64,000 nucleotides of DNA from Bdellovibrionales bacterium. GTDB taxonomy: Bacteria > Bdellovibrionota > Bdellovibrionia > Bdellovibrionales > UBA840. This document shows positions 14,860 to 24,755 of the stretch, piece by piece (the first letter of the stretch is position 1; every line of letters starts with the position of its first letter). The translations under genes and the position numbers were made by a program. The notes beneath the pieces were generated by a model. The model saw nothing but the letters and a program-made list of their open reading frames with translations, had not been told where the DNA came from and ran no database searches. The stretch lies in contig JBGCGH010000002.1 of the NCBI GenBank assembly GCA_045110695.1, forward strand, positions 9,993 to 73,992, given 5' to 3'.

Positions 14860-15879
14860 CTAGAACTGATTTAAAAAGTTAACATCATTTTCATTAAACA
14901 AGCGGATATCTTCCACACCATATTTTACAACAGCGAGCCTCTCCACACCCATACCAAAAGCTAAGCCTTGCCATTTTTGAGCATCCACTCCAGCCTCTTT
15001 AAAAACATTTGGATGAACCAAACCACAACCAGCCACCTCAATCCAACCAGTGTGAGAGCACATTCTACAACCCTTAGCATCGCAAACAGGACAACTACAA
15101 TCTACCTCAGCACTAGGCTCCGTAAACGGGAAAAAGCTAGGACGAAGCCGAACCTTTACATTTTCTCCAAAAAACTCTTTGGCAAAAAACGCTAGAATTC
15201 CCTTTAAGTCCGCCATGCTAACTTCTTTATCTACCAAAATACCTTCAATTTGATGAAACATCGGTAAATGACTTACATCATAATCAGAGCGAAACACAGC
15301 ACCGGGCCCTAGTACTCTCAACGGAAGTTCTTCCCCTTCTAGACTATGGATCTGGATGGGAGATGTCTGTGTACGTAGGACATGTGTCTTATCGATATAG
15401 AAAGTATCTTGCATGTCTCTTGCCGGATGATCTGCAGGAATATTTAAAGCCTCAAAGTTATATCTATCTTTTTCAATCAACGGCCCTAAGCGAACGGAAA
15501 AGCCTATGCGAGAAAAAATTTCCACCAGCTCATCAATTACCATATTCACCGGGTGCTTTTTACCGATCTCAACGGGGTGACCAGGAAGACTCATATCCAA
15601 ACGTTCTTTTTCAAGAAGCTGGTTCATCTCTAATGTTTTAAAATGGATTTCCTGGGTTTGGTAATAGGCCTCTAATTCCTGCTTTACCAAATTTACGGTT
15701 TTACCAAATGCAGGTCTCTCTTCTTTGGTTAGCTTCCCCATCTCCTTCATTAAAGAGGAAAAGCTTCCACTTTTTCCAAGGAATTTTACCTTTTGCTCAT
15801 AAAGCTCTTTTGAAGAATTAGCAGCCTCAAAAGCCGCCAGAGCCGACTCTTTTATTTCGTTTAGTTTCTCTTGTAACAT
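14860..15879 (-). CDS. pheS: Phenylalanine--tRNA ligase alpha subunit
   Basis: Class II aaRS motifs are present ([30 protein letters not shown]). I prefer ATG 15879 ([10 protein letters not shown]...) over the TTG at 15915 used by the ORF track. Confidence 0.9.
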   Translation of the reverse strand: MLQEKLNEIKESALAAFEAANSSKELYEQKVKFLGKSGSFSSLMKEMGKLTKEERPAFGKTVNLVKQELEAYYQTQEIHFKTLEMNQLLEKERLDMSLPGHPVEIGKKHPVNMVIDELVEIFSRIGFSVRLGPLIEKDRYNFEALNIPADHPARDMQDTFYIDKTHVLRTQTSPIQIHSLEGEELPLRVLGPGAVFRSDYDVSHLPMFHQIEGILVDKEVSMADLKGILAFFAKEFFGENVKVRLRPSFFPFTEPSAEVDCSCPVCDAKGCRMCSHTGWIEVAGCGLVHPNVFKEAGVDAQKWQGLAFGMGVERLAVVKYGVEDIRLFNENDVNFLNQF

Positions 15880-15953
15880 GCCGTAGATACTCGTAGATTT
15901 CGGCCAAATGCGCAAGGCTCACAGACAGGAGATCGGGCTTGCGACTCAATGCA

Positions 15954-16847
15954 TTAGTAGTGCCAAGGGAACTTTTTAAAATCTCTTTGTCTTTTCTCAA
16001 CAAAGGCATCTCTGCCCTCTTCGGCTTCTTCCGTTCCATAGGCCAATCGAGTAGCTTCACCGGCAAACAACTGCTGGCCCACTAAACCGTCATCTAACAA
16101 ATTAAAACCAAATTTCAGCATTCGAATAGCAGTTGGGCTTTTAGTGTTGATCTCTCTGGCCCATTCTAAAGCAAAATCTTCCAATTCAGCATGGGGAACC
16201 ACCGCATTGACCATTCCCATTTCAAAGGCTTCTTGCGCGCTGTAGTTTCCACCCACAAAAAATATTTCTCGTGCTCTTTTTTGACCCACTTGCCTTGCTA
16301 AATAGGCAGAACCATAGCCACTATCAAAACTGGCCACGTCTGCATCAGTTTGCTTGAAAACGGCGTTTTCTTTACTCGCTATTGTCATATCACAAACTAC
16401 ATGTAACGAGTGACCACCCCCAACAGCCCAACCGGGAACCACTGCAATAACCACTTTGGGCATGAAACGAATCAATCTTTGGCATTCTAAAATATGTAAA
16501 CGCCCAAGCTTAGCAAGATCCTTCTCTCCATCGCTATCTACGTATTTATAACCATCTTTGCCCCGAATTCTCTGATCTCCTCCGGAGCAAAAGGCCCAGC
16601 CTCCATCCTTAGGAGAGGGACCATTTCCAGTTATTAACACCACTCCCACATCACTACTAACACGAGAGTGTTCTAAGGCTTGAGCCAATTCATCAACGGT
16701 CTGGGGCCTAAAAGCATTTCTTACCTCTGGTCGGTGAAAGGCAATCCTCACCGCTCCACCTTGCTTGGCTTTGTGGTAGGTTATATCTTTGAAATCAAAT
16801 CCATCTATATTGGTCCATTTCTCAGGGTTGAAGATTTCTGAAACCAT
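15954..16847 (-). CDS. menB: 1,4-dihydroxy-2-naphthoyl-CoA synthase
   Basis: Crotonase fold with MenB-specific stretches: DITYHKA..GAVRIAFHRPEVRNAFRP, FCSGGDQRIRG and the C-terminal tail KRQRDFKKFPW. Confidence 0.9.
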   Translation of the reverse strand: MVSEIFNPEKWTNIDGFDFKDITYHKAKQGGAVRIAFHRPEVRNAFRPQTVDELAQALEHSRVSSDVGVVLITGNGPSPKDGGWAFCSGGDQRIRGKDGYKYVDSDGEKDLAKLGRLHILECQRLIRFMPKVVIAVVPGWAVGGGHSLHVVCDMTIASKENAVFKQTDADVASFDSGYGSAYLARQVGQKRAREIFFVGGNYSAQEAFEMGMVNAVVPHAELEDFALEWAREINTKSPTAIRMLKFGFNLLDDGLVGQQLFAGEATRLAYGTEEAEEGRDAFVEKRQRDFKKFPWHY

Positions 16848-16850
16848 ATT

Positions 16851-17228
16851 TTAGTTTTCCTTTTCAGTTTTTGTATTATTTGACAGTAGATCCAATTCTT
16901 CATCACTAGATAAAACGAAATCCATCTTGTGCTGACCTCGGATGGTAGGAATTAGAAGAGCAAGTGCGTAACAACTTAGGTAGTAAAAAAGGCGATATCG
17001 ATCATCAACCATAGAGCGTAAAGAGATAATCATGGGACTTGCAAAAAGAGGCAAAAGTAGTATCCAGATGAAATTCTTTTGGTGGGCCTCATTGGATATA
17101 GCCTTAAGTAGTTCACCACAAGATGCACAATTAAAAATCACATAATCTCCGCTGGCAAAACGTTTACGACTAGCGGTAAACGGAAATAGCGGTAGTTTTT
17201 TATTACAGTTTGGACAGGAATTTCTCAT
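16851..17228 (-). CDS. Zinc-ribbon membrane protein, unknown function
   Basis: CPNC...CASC ribbon followed by two hydrophobic helices. Confidence 0.45.
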   Translation of the reverse strand: MRNSCPNCNKKLPLFPFTASRKRFASGDYVIFNCASCGELLKAISNEAHQKNFIWILLLPLFASPMIISLRSMVDDRYRLFYYLSCYALALLIPTIRGQHKMDFVLSSDEELDLLSNNTKTEKEN

Positions 17229-17307
17229 GCTAGAAGATTATAGATGAAGGCAATTGAGAGTCAAAGATTTCGGAAATAAGAATTAGTTCATGCAAATTTT
17301 GAAGCTC

Positions 17308-17739
17308 TTATTTACAGGGAACCCATTGCCCGTCTTTGAAGTTGGCCATTCTGCTCACCAGGAGGCTCGTCTCTGGTTGGAGAATCAGGCCTGCCGTTTT
17401 CGATAGATCGGCTTCTGAGGAGAGAAAAAACACCGTTTTAAAATTGCCATCCGGATCCATCATGCCCAGTTGAAAACGTACAACTGGGTTTGTTTGTGTA
17501 AAATCAAATTGGATCTGATGAATTTGAAACTGATTTTCTTTCTCTTGGTCCTCACAGACATTGGCCGTGAACTCTCGGGTTTTATTAACGATTCCTTGGA
17601 AATCAAAAACACGACAGCTTTCTTCCATCGGGCACTCTAGAGCTAAATTCTCCATCGAAAAAGTAGTAGGCTCACTCACCGCTACAACTAACAAAGAGTA
17701 AAAAGAAACTAATGGTATCAAAAATAATTTCAAACACAT
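17308..17739 (-). CDS. Secreted hypothetical protein
   Basis: The N-terminal hydrophobic signal is MCLKLFLIPLVSFYSLLVVAVS. I recognise no domain. Confidence 0.45.
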   Translation of the reverse strand: MCLKLFLIPLVSFYSLLVVAVSEPTTFSMENLALECPMEESCRVFDFQGIVNKTREFTANVCEDQEKENQFQIHQIQFDFTQTNPVVRFQLGMMDPDGNFKTVFFLSSEADLSKTAGLILQPETSLLVSRMANFKDGQWVPCK

Positions 17740-17966
17740 GAAAACACCCTATTTATTGCCTCATAGAAGGATATAACATAGATTTTAACGCGGCGCATTT
17801 TAGAGTTTAGCACCAGGTAAATATTATAAGCCCTGGAAAAGACTCACTAAGGAGAGTTTTGCTAAAATAATAAATATTTGGACGGCTCCATCTAAAATAG
17901 AACTAGAAAATCCTGTCAGAAAACTATAAGTTTCAAGCCATCTAACTTTGATTCTGGGGGGAGTCT

Positions 17967-18671
17967 ATGAAGCAGTTCTTACCGTTCGTTATCTCGTTAT
18001 TTTTTTTCAATCCAATTGCCCATTCCAAAGAGCAAACAAATCAATACTTCGAAATTTCGAATATTGAAATTCATGAACTAATAGACGCTGGGTTTGGGAA
18101 AATGGGGAACCTTGATTTCTACCAATTTAATAACGATCTACTTTTAAGCAAAACAATGGCACCAAGCATTGAAAGCCTTGGTAAAATCCTGCAGCTTATT
18201 AAAATCGGCAAGGAATTATGGTCTGTTGTGGAGAGCAACAAGCCCGTTGTAAATTTTTCTGGAGATCATGTCAGCGTTTTACCAAACACTATGACAAGCC
18301 CGCTTCAACTACAAAATTGGCAAGGGCCTGAGACCCGAGCCTACCGAGTGGTATATAAGAATGCTTACGGAATAGAGGTGGTTGATTTTGTATTCAGAAT
18401 TGTCTTTACCCATTCCGGTGAAACCCCTGAGAGACAAGGCAAATTCATAGCTAATGCTGGGATCTATCCTGCCCACCTAGATGTTGCCTGGGGATATAAC
18501 TTTGACGCGAAAGTTATTTCTAAAAAGCCCATCAATCTAGGCTCAACTAAAAATCCAGTCGCTGGTCAGGAGATGAGTTTGTCCTGGACGGTAAAAACTG
18601 TTTTGCGTGAACATCACCGTCAGCTAGATTTTTTCATCGACGGTGAAGGGAATCTAAAGAGTCTATTTTGA
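17967..18671 (+). CDS. Secreted hypothetical protein
   Basis: The signal peptide is MKQFLPFVISLFFFNPIAHSKEQ, with GGGGGAG upstream of the ATG. I recognise no domain. Confidence 0.5.
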   Translation: MKQFLPFVISLFFFNPIAHSKEQTNQYFEISNIEIHELIDAGFGKMGNLDFYQFNNDLLLSKTMAPSIESLGKILQLIKIGKELWSVVESNKPVVNFSGDHVSVLPNTMTSPLQLQNWQGPETRAYRVVYKNAYGIEVVDFVFRIVFTHSGETPERQGKFIANAGIYPAHLDVAWGYNFDAKVISKKPINLGSTKNPVAGQEMSLSWTVKTVLREHHRQLDFFIDGEGNLKSLF

Positions 18672-18761
18672 GCAATAAAGCACGATTCTAGAGCGCTATT
18701 AGTGATTTATTCTAATTCATATCTAAGTAATCTTAAAATTGATCCCTAAGAAAAGCTTTTC

Positions 18762-18790
18762 TTGACCTGAGCACCCACCCGCAGTAGAAC
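18762..18790 (+). promoter_or_regulatory. Candidate sigma70-type promoter of the tRNA gene
   Basis: TTGACC (18762-18767), a 17-nt spacer, then TAGAAC (18785-18790), ending 5 nt before the mature tRNA 5-prime end. Confidence 0.35.
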
Positions 18791-18795
18791 GATTC

Positions 18796-18872
<77 letters not shown>

Positions 18873-18885
18873 ATTTAAAGTTTCA

Positions 18886-18916
18886 AAAGCTCGTTCTACC
18901 AGGCGAGCTTTTTTTG
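18886..18916 (+). terminator. Intrinsic terminator after the tRNA
   Basis: AAAGCTCG-ttctaccagg-CGAGCTTT stem-loop followed by a T run. Confidence 0.6.
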
Positions 18917-19192
18917 TGTCTAAAATTAAACTTGCCGGATTTGTAACCTGCTATTTATGGTTCGCTAGACGCTACGGGACTGGGAAGTCTCTTCGCCGCT
19001 CACTGCATTCAATTTAGAATTTTAAAATAAGTCTATACCAGGGCTTCTTTTTTTTGCCAATTTCCTGAGAAACAAAGGGTAAAAATCACTAAACACGAAG
19101 AATCTGACTCGATATTTACTGTAAAATCCAAGCAGATTTTATTTTTGTGCTAAAAAGAACAACATTAAAAATTAATTATTCGTGTGCTTTAG

Positions 19193-22100
19193 ATGCAAAG
19201 GTTTCAATTTATGACAGATTTAGCCCCAAGATTTTTCAAATACAAAAAAAGCCTTTATGGATACTTCCTGCGCGTCTCGATATTATTGTTCCAAATGGCT
19301 TTCACTATTTCAGCCCCGGCTCAATTGACTGATTTAGAAAAGCAGGCCCTTGAGGCGCATAGAGTTTCGTCAATACCCTCAAACCAAAAGCATGTCGACG
19401 TACTTAACCCACCCTACGGATCTATCGATAAAAAAATCCAGGATCAAGTTACGCAAATCAAAAAGATTGTAGAAAAACTGGCAAGTGAAGAATATCTGAA
19501 ACGAAATTATGGCTACTTTATTACAATTAATTCATCTGAAATTCCTAAAGTACGAGTAGTAAATTACGACAATTACTTTAGAGAGTTTTGGCAGGGGCGG
19601 GAACTGAATACACACTGGCCAGTTTATGATCGCCTTGGCTACAAACCCGACAAAAATCTACACGAAATTAACATTTCTGTAGGTACACTAAGAAAAATAT
19701 CGAATGTATCCGAGCTAGCATTCCTGATTGCTCATGAAATATCTAGAGCCTTTGAAGATTTAGAGCTTAAAGAAGAAAAAGACAGAGATAAACAGTGGGG
19801 AGATCAGCGAAAATTCATCATCGCAGATCAAAAAGCTCTAAATTTAATGCTAGGAAAGTTCCGCTTGGAGTCCAGCTTAGTTATAATCGATAAAATCGAA
19901 AGATCTAGAATAACCGATAAAAGCAGGGGATCGTGGGAAATATATTCAGATTTTTTGAAAAGTATGCCCCATGAGGGACTCAGAATTAGTGCCACCCAAG
20001 TTTACTTAGACTACCTACTAAAAACTAGGTCTGAGGCTAGGGACCCCATAATTATAAACTATAAACCCTATAGGGGCACTGCCTACCCTGTTGTATCTCA
20101 AGAAAGTGAATTCTCGAAAAACTTGGAAGCTCAGCGCAAACTTATCAAAAAATATTTTGTCTTCTCATTCGGTGAGGAATTCCTTACACCAAATAAACAG
20201 CTAGATACAACAAAGTACCCAGGACTCATACCTCCTCTACCAAATGAATTTGAGAGGGAACTTATTTGGTTTATCGAGGAGCTTAAAAACAATAAAAAAA
20301 TAAACTATCAGGAAAAAATCAACCGCTTTTTTGCCTGGTACGCTTACTTTAAAACTAATGTTTTTCAAACCCACCAGGTAAAATCCAATTTTGAACTTCA
20401 AAGATGGACCAGAACAAATATAGCAAAACTTTTTCTAGAGGCCAAAAAGAACGCTTGGTCACTCACTGAAAGCCTTGAGCTTTTTGAAAAATATAAATTA
20501 AATTCTGGCTCCCCTTCCGCCGCATCATACATTTCTAGATTCTTTTTTGAGAGTGAAACATCTTCCTTTATGGATTCGATAATCAGAGTCAATCCAGATT
20601 ACGCTCATCAAATACTAAATGACTATTATGATTTTAAATTTAGTACGGAAGAAAAACATAGTAGAGCTTATTTCAATACCATATATAATTTAAAGCTTTT
20701 CCTAACTGAAAATGATACACTGAAAAAAGAAAAGAAAGCCTCAAAATGGTTATATTTTCAGAGAAATAAAATGCTTTCAGTTCTATTGAGCAAAGGATAT
20801 GAAAATCATCTCTATAGTTTACAAGTAACCGACAAAAAAAGATTTCTAGACCACCAAGCTCTAATCCAAAAATATATTACAAAATATGAATTGCCCGGCC
20901 CTATTAAAAAAGCCTTTGTAAGTCACCAGAAATTATTAGACCCCTTCCGGATCGAAATAATGCGGCAGAGTACTTTACCAAGTTCAGAGATCAGTTTTAT
21001 AACGATAAATAATATTTTTAGATCCACTCTACCAATGATGAACCAATCTAAAATCCCTCAAGTAACCAAGCATTTTATACATCTCGCGCACCAACATTTA
21101 AATGCTCAGATTAAATTTGAAGAAAATGAAATGATTCATGAGGAAAGAAAAAGCGCAATTTCTAGAATTATCACAGAAATATTAAATATTTCACAGCTAA
21201 ATCCAGGGAAAAGAAGCCTACTCCTAAAGTACATGGCAGCACACCTTAGTTCAAGTTTTGATCTGGAGACAAAAACCAATGAAGATAGAGAACAAGTTAG
21301 AAAAACTCAAAAGGCTATCAGTTACTTAACCCGTGGCTCATTTCTAATGCTTTTTGATTATCCTTTAGATGAACTAGAAAAAGAGATTGCCAAAATATAT
21401 AACGACAGACAGCTTTTGGATTTGAAATCTATAAGAGAAGAAGAAAACCGAAATTTTAAAAGGGACATTAAAAAATGGAAAAAATCAGGAAAACCTTTTG
21501 GAGTCTATTTCAAAGACGTAACTAGCCCGGGCATTGATTATGTTTCAATGACGCGTTTAAGCCAGGTAGCACAGCTTGAGGACATTCGGGTCAATAGTAG
21601 CTTGAGTCTACTGATGCTGGTTGGTGAAAACCCAGTTCTAAGCGAGAGATTATCCAAAGAACTCAGCGCGATAGACTTGAAATCCATAGTTAATCGGGTC
21701 TCTAAACTAAGCTGGGAAGGTCAAAGACCACAGAGGTATTTCGAAGGCTTTGCTAACATCCGTAGGCCTAGTAATCGCCTAAGCCCAAGCGCAGGAAAAT
21801 TCTTACTGGAAACATTGCAATCAAATGGCGCTAGTCTCAGTCTAAAAGATTGGCACGATACTTTTAAATCTATAATGAACTATTCAAAAAAGAGTTTAGA
21901 TAAAAAAATAGGATTGAGAGAGCAGTTGCAAAAACAGTTTTTGGAAAAACTAAGACCTCTTCCCATCCAGAAACAGATGGTTTTTATTGAAAAACTTAGC
22001 TCCCTATTGCTACTAGACAATAGGCAAACTATTGAAAAATTAGTTCTTTATATAGATCATATAACAAAAAATCATTATGACGAAAAAACCAGAGCTACCT

Positions 22101-23926
22101 TGATAGTAAGTTTCATTGAAAGGATGGATTTAAAGGTTCAGCTTCCAGATTTGTATAATGATTTTAGAAACTCACTTTCAAAGCATCTATCCCTTCAGCC
22201 TCACCAAATTGAACTTTATTTTCCAGATTCTAAAAAGACTTGGTCCAACCAAAGCTCTGCATTTTCAATGGAACTACGTGGGCTAAGCACACTAGTTTCA
22301 CTAACCAGGGAACAGAATCCTGCCACTCAGATGAGAACACTAGAATATTTCATGGGAAAAACAAATAACTATCCGAGTTTCTTAATTGAGGCCAGTAGAG
22401 ACCTAAAAAGTGGGTTCTCTATCGATAGTAGTGTTCGAAGTCTTAGAGAAAAAATGGCTAGTGCTAACATCATGGAGAGAACTATAGTTGCAAACTCTTT
22501 CTTAGCGGGACCTTCGGGACTACCAGCCTCTCAAGCTGGTCTTGATTTTATATTAAATAGGTTATTGAATTCTATTGATTCCGAAAACCTAGAGTTTACA
22601 AAGAAAGTTGCGCGTGCCATTTTACGCTCAGACGGTTTGAGCTCTTCTCTTAGCATCGCCTATATCCTTGCGCAAAAAAGTAATCATGCAAAATCGAGTT
22701 TATCCGAAGGTGAACTTTTAAAAGCAGCCTTCGAATCTAAAGGGGTTCCAGGAATAAAGTTAGGGCAATATCTAGCCTTCACAGCACCCAATGAAGATCT
22801 CAGACGGAACTTATCTAAATTGCAGGATAGCGCTAAAGAACTAAATTACTTTGAGACTCTACAATTAGTTAATAATCGATTTAAAAATAATTGGCCAAAG
22901 AGCCTAATAATATTAGGCACTCTAGGGAGCGGATCCGTAAACGTGGCAGTGGAATATTTAGAAAACGGTAAAAAAGCAAGCGAGGTTTTGTCGCTCTTGA
23001 GGGATTCTATTGAGCACAGTACAAAAGAAGATTTTCTTAGGCTCGAAAAGGTTATTAGTGAATTAAATAGAACGAGTGAGGATCGTAAAACATTTGGATA
23101 TCTCCAAGGTTTATTAAATATAATCTTCAAGAGTGTTGAGCTGGAATTTGATAAAAAGAATGCATTTGAAGTGCAAAAATCATTAGGTCCAATTTACCGA
23201 GCCCAAAGGAATGGCTGGACCGTTAAAACCCTAGATGTTCGTAGCTTTAATGATGTTGCCGTTTTTATGGAGAAGGCTGAAGGGGTTACTGCCCGTAAAA
23301 TATTGGATCGTGATAAAAAACTTTACGCTGAAATCATGACAATCTTATCTCGTACTGAACTAGATATACTGCTTGGTCTAGATAAAAACTCAAATTCTGT
23401 CACCAAAGCAATGTTTGCTAACCCTGATTTTCACGATGGACAAGTTATTGTAGATAAAATTCGAAAAGTCATTGTGGTTCTTGATTTTGGTCAGGCCCTT
23501 CCCATCAGTAATTCAGAGCGTGAAATAGGTTTAGATCTACTACGAATAATTTCAAGAAGTGTTGGCCCAAAAAGGGCAGCAAAATTAGTTCACAAAATTA
23601 CTGGGTACTCAGCTTTTACCATAGATAAAATGCGGCAGTTGTATTCTAGCTACCCTGAAAGAATGGAGATTTTTGTACATTTGATAGCAAAACTAAGTAT
23701 GAATGGTACAGAGCTTCCTTTATCTACAATTCATTGGATATTAGGTATGAACCGACAAATTTCATTGGGCGAAAAAATTGGGAAACCCATAACAAGTGAA
23801 CTCGTCAGATTACTCACATTGAGAGGTATTGGTCTAAGCATAAAACACCACAATTGGTTAAATCAAAAAATTGTTCTTCCTATACTAAGAATGAAAGAAA
23901 AGCTTAGTTGTAAGAGCAAGTACTAG
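19193..23926 (+). CDS. Giant exported protein: M48-like (HExxR) domain, long helical region, UbiB/ABC1 kinase-like domain
   Basis: A 1,577-aa uninterrupted ORF. The N-terminus looks signal-like (KYKKSLYGYFLRVSILLFQMAFTISAPA). ELAFLIAHEISRAFED...IIADQKALNLMLGKF has the M48 layout. The C-terminal IKLGQYLA...LSKLQD, LGSGSVNVAV, VFMEKAEGV, FANPDFHDGQ and VVLDFGQA follow UbiB/ADCK order. Confidence 0.8.
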   Translation: MQRFQFMTDLAPRFFKYKKSLYGYFLRVSILLFQMAFTISAPAQLTDLEKQALEAHRVSSIPSNQKHVDVLNPPYGSIDKKIQDQVTQIKKIVEKLASEEYLKRNYGYFITINSSEIPKVRVVNYDNYFREFWQGRELNTHWPVYDRLGYKPDKNLHEINISVGTLRKISNVSELAFLIAHEISRAFEDLELKEEKDRDKQWGDQRKFIIADQKALNLMLGKFRLESSLVIIDKIERSRITDKSRGSWEIYSDFLKSMPHEGLRISATQVYLDYLLKTRSEARDPIIINYKPYRGTAYPVVSQESEFSKNLEAQRKLIKKYFVFSFGEEFLTPNKQLDTTKYPGLIPPLPNEFERELIWFIEELKNNKKINYQEKINRFFAWYAYFKTNVFQTHQVKSNFELQRWTRTNIAKLFLEAKKNAWSLTESLELFEKYKLNSGSPSAASYISRFFFESETSSFMDSIIRVNPDYAHQILNDYYDFKFSTEEKHSRAYFNTIYNLKLFLTENDTLKKEKKASKWLYFQRNKMLSVLLSKGYENHLYSLQVTDKKRFLDHQALIQKYITKYELPGPIKKAFVSHQKLLDPFRIEIMRQSTLPSSEISFITINNIFRSTLPMMNQSKIPQVTKHFIHLAHQHLNAQIKFEENEMIHEERKSAISRIITEILNISQLNPGKRSLLLKYMAAHLSSSFDLETKTNEDREQVRKTQKAISYLTRGSFLMLFDYPLDELEKEIAKIYNDRQLLDLKSIREEENRNFKRDIKKWKKSGKPFGVYFKDVTSPGIDYVSMTRLSQVAQLEDIRVNSSLSLLMLVGENPVLSERLSKELSAIDLKSIVNRVSKLSWEGQRPQRYFEGFANIRRPSNRLSPSAGKFLLETLQSNGASLSLKDWHDTFKSIMNYSKKSLDKKIGLREQLQKQFLEKLRPLPIQKQMVFIEKLSSLLLLDNRQTIEKLVLYIDHITKNHYDEKTRATLIVSFIERMDLKVQLPDLYNDFRNSLSKHLSLQPHQIELYFPDSKKTWSNQSSAFSMELRGLSTLVSLTREQNPATQMRTLEYFMGKTNNYPSFLIEASRDLKSGFSIDSSVRSLREKMASANIMERTIVANSFLAGPSGLPASQAGLDFILNRLLNSIDSENLEFTKKVARAILRSDGLSSSLSIAYILAQKSNHAKSSLSEGELLKAAFESKGVPGIKLGQYLAFTAPNEDLRRNLSKLQDSAKELNYFETLQLVNNRFKNNWPKSLIILGTLGSGSVNVAVEYLENGKKASEVLSLLRDSIEHSTKEDFLRLEKVISELNRTSEDRKTFGYLQGLLNIIFKSVELEFDKKNAFEVQKSLGPIYRAQRNGWTVKTLDVRSFNDVAVFMEKAEGVTARKILDRDKKLYAEIMTILSRTELDILLGLDKNSNSVTKAMFANPDFHDGQVIVDKIRKVIVVLDFGQALPISNSEREIGLDLLRIISRSVGPKRAAKLVHKITGYSAFTIDKMRQLYSSYPERMEIFVHLIAKLSMNGTELPLSTIHWILGMNRQISLGEKIGKPITSELVRLLTLRGIGLSIKHHNWLNQKIVLPILRMKEKLSCKSKY

Positions 23927-24104
23927 CGAGCCGTTCTTATGTGAATGTATAGTTTGTTAGGTATAAAAAATGAACTACTTCCGTAATATTGACATTGTCA
24001 AATCGGTCTTTCTTTGTAACTTGCCTATTTATTGATTTTATAAACATGAATAAGTAGATCGAGTTTGTATTTAAAATTACCTAATAAAGATAGGTTTATT
24101 TGAA

Positions 24105-24680
24105 CTAAACAAGTTTGCAATCAGAAACCACTAAAAACCCAACGGGTTGATCGTAATCTGAGCCTCTTGAAATTTTCCAGCCGTATTTTCCTTGCCAAGA
24201 CATTCTGTTTCTATTTCCGAACTTTTCTAAAATAATTTGAGGACAGTTTTGCTTAAATACGTATTTTTTCTTTTCAGACATTGAAAGTAATGTAGCTAAT
24301 TCTCCATTTAACTGATTCATAACATCCTCAGTTCGAAAATAAAGATCCTGCCAGCTTTTTTCGAAAGCCATATGCAAAATTGAATTAACTTTTTTTGCAT
24401 TAGAGGAGATAAAAAGGAGTTCTCCTTTTAAGTTATACAACTCAAACAATAATCTGTGATTCATAAGCTTTTTTAGTTCAGAAAAATCACCCATAAAATT
24501 GTAGCCTTGCTTTTCTAAATAGTATTCTAAAATCGCGAGTTGAGTCCGATAACAAAAATCACTAGGGTCTTTTAGCGGAACAAGCTCTGAAATTTCTGGT
24601 ATTCCAGCAAGATCAAAAAGAATGTTCTCTCTATCAAAATAGAAATCTTTGAATTCTGGGTCAATAATGTATGCTTCCAT
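24105..24680 (-). CDS. Hypothetical protein (last gene of the AT-rich cassette)
   Basis: 191-aa ORF with GGAGG about 9 nt upstream of the ATG. I recognise no domain. Confidence 0.5.
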   Translation of the reverse strand: MEAYIIDPEFKDFYFDRENILFDLAGIPEISELVPLKDPSDFCYRTQLAILEYYLEKQGYNFMGDFSELKKLMNHRLLFELYNLKGELLFISSNAKKVNSILHMAFEKSWQDLYFRTEDVMNQLNGELATLLSMSEKKKYVFKQNCPQIILEKFGNRNRMSWQGKYGWKISRGSDYDQPVGFLVVSDCKLV

Positions 24681-24755
24681 TTAGTAATCCTCCAAGAGAA
24701 GAACTACCAGTTTTTGCTATAAAAAACAGCCTTTATTAGGGGCTTAGTCGTTTTT

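Noticed and set aside
15827-16066. 79-aa minus-strand ORF bridging the menB 3-prime end and the pheS 5-prime end.
   Set aside because: It overlaps both conserved genes in other frames. The only uncovered part is the short menB-pheS spacer, and it has no Shine-Dalgarno.
23970-24035. 21-codon mini-ORF (MNYFRNIDIVKSVFLCNLPIY) after the giant gene, considered as a possible precursor peptide for the neighbouring cassette.
   Set aside because: It is on the opposite strand to the cassette, has a weak ribosome-binding site, and has no repeat or leader/core features. Nothing distinguishes it from chance.
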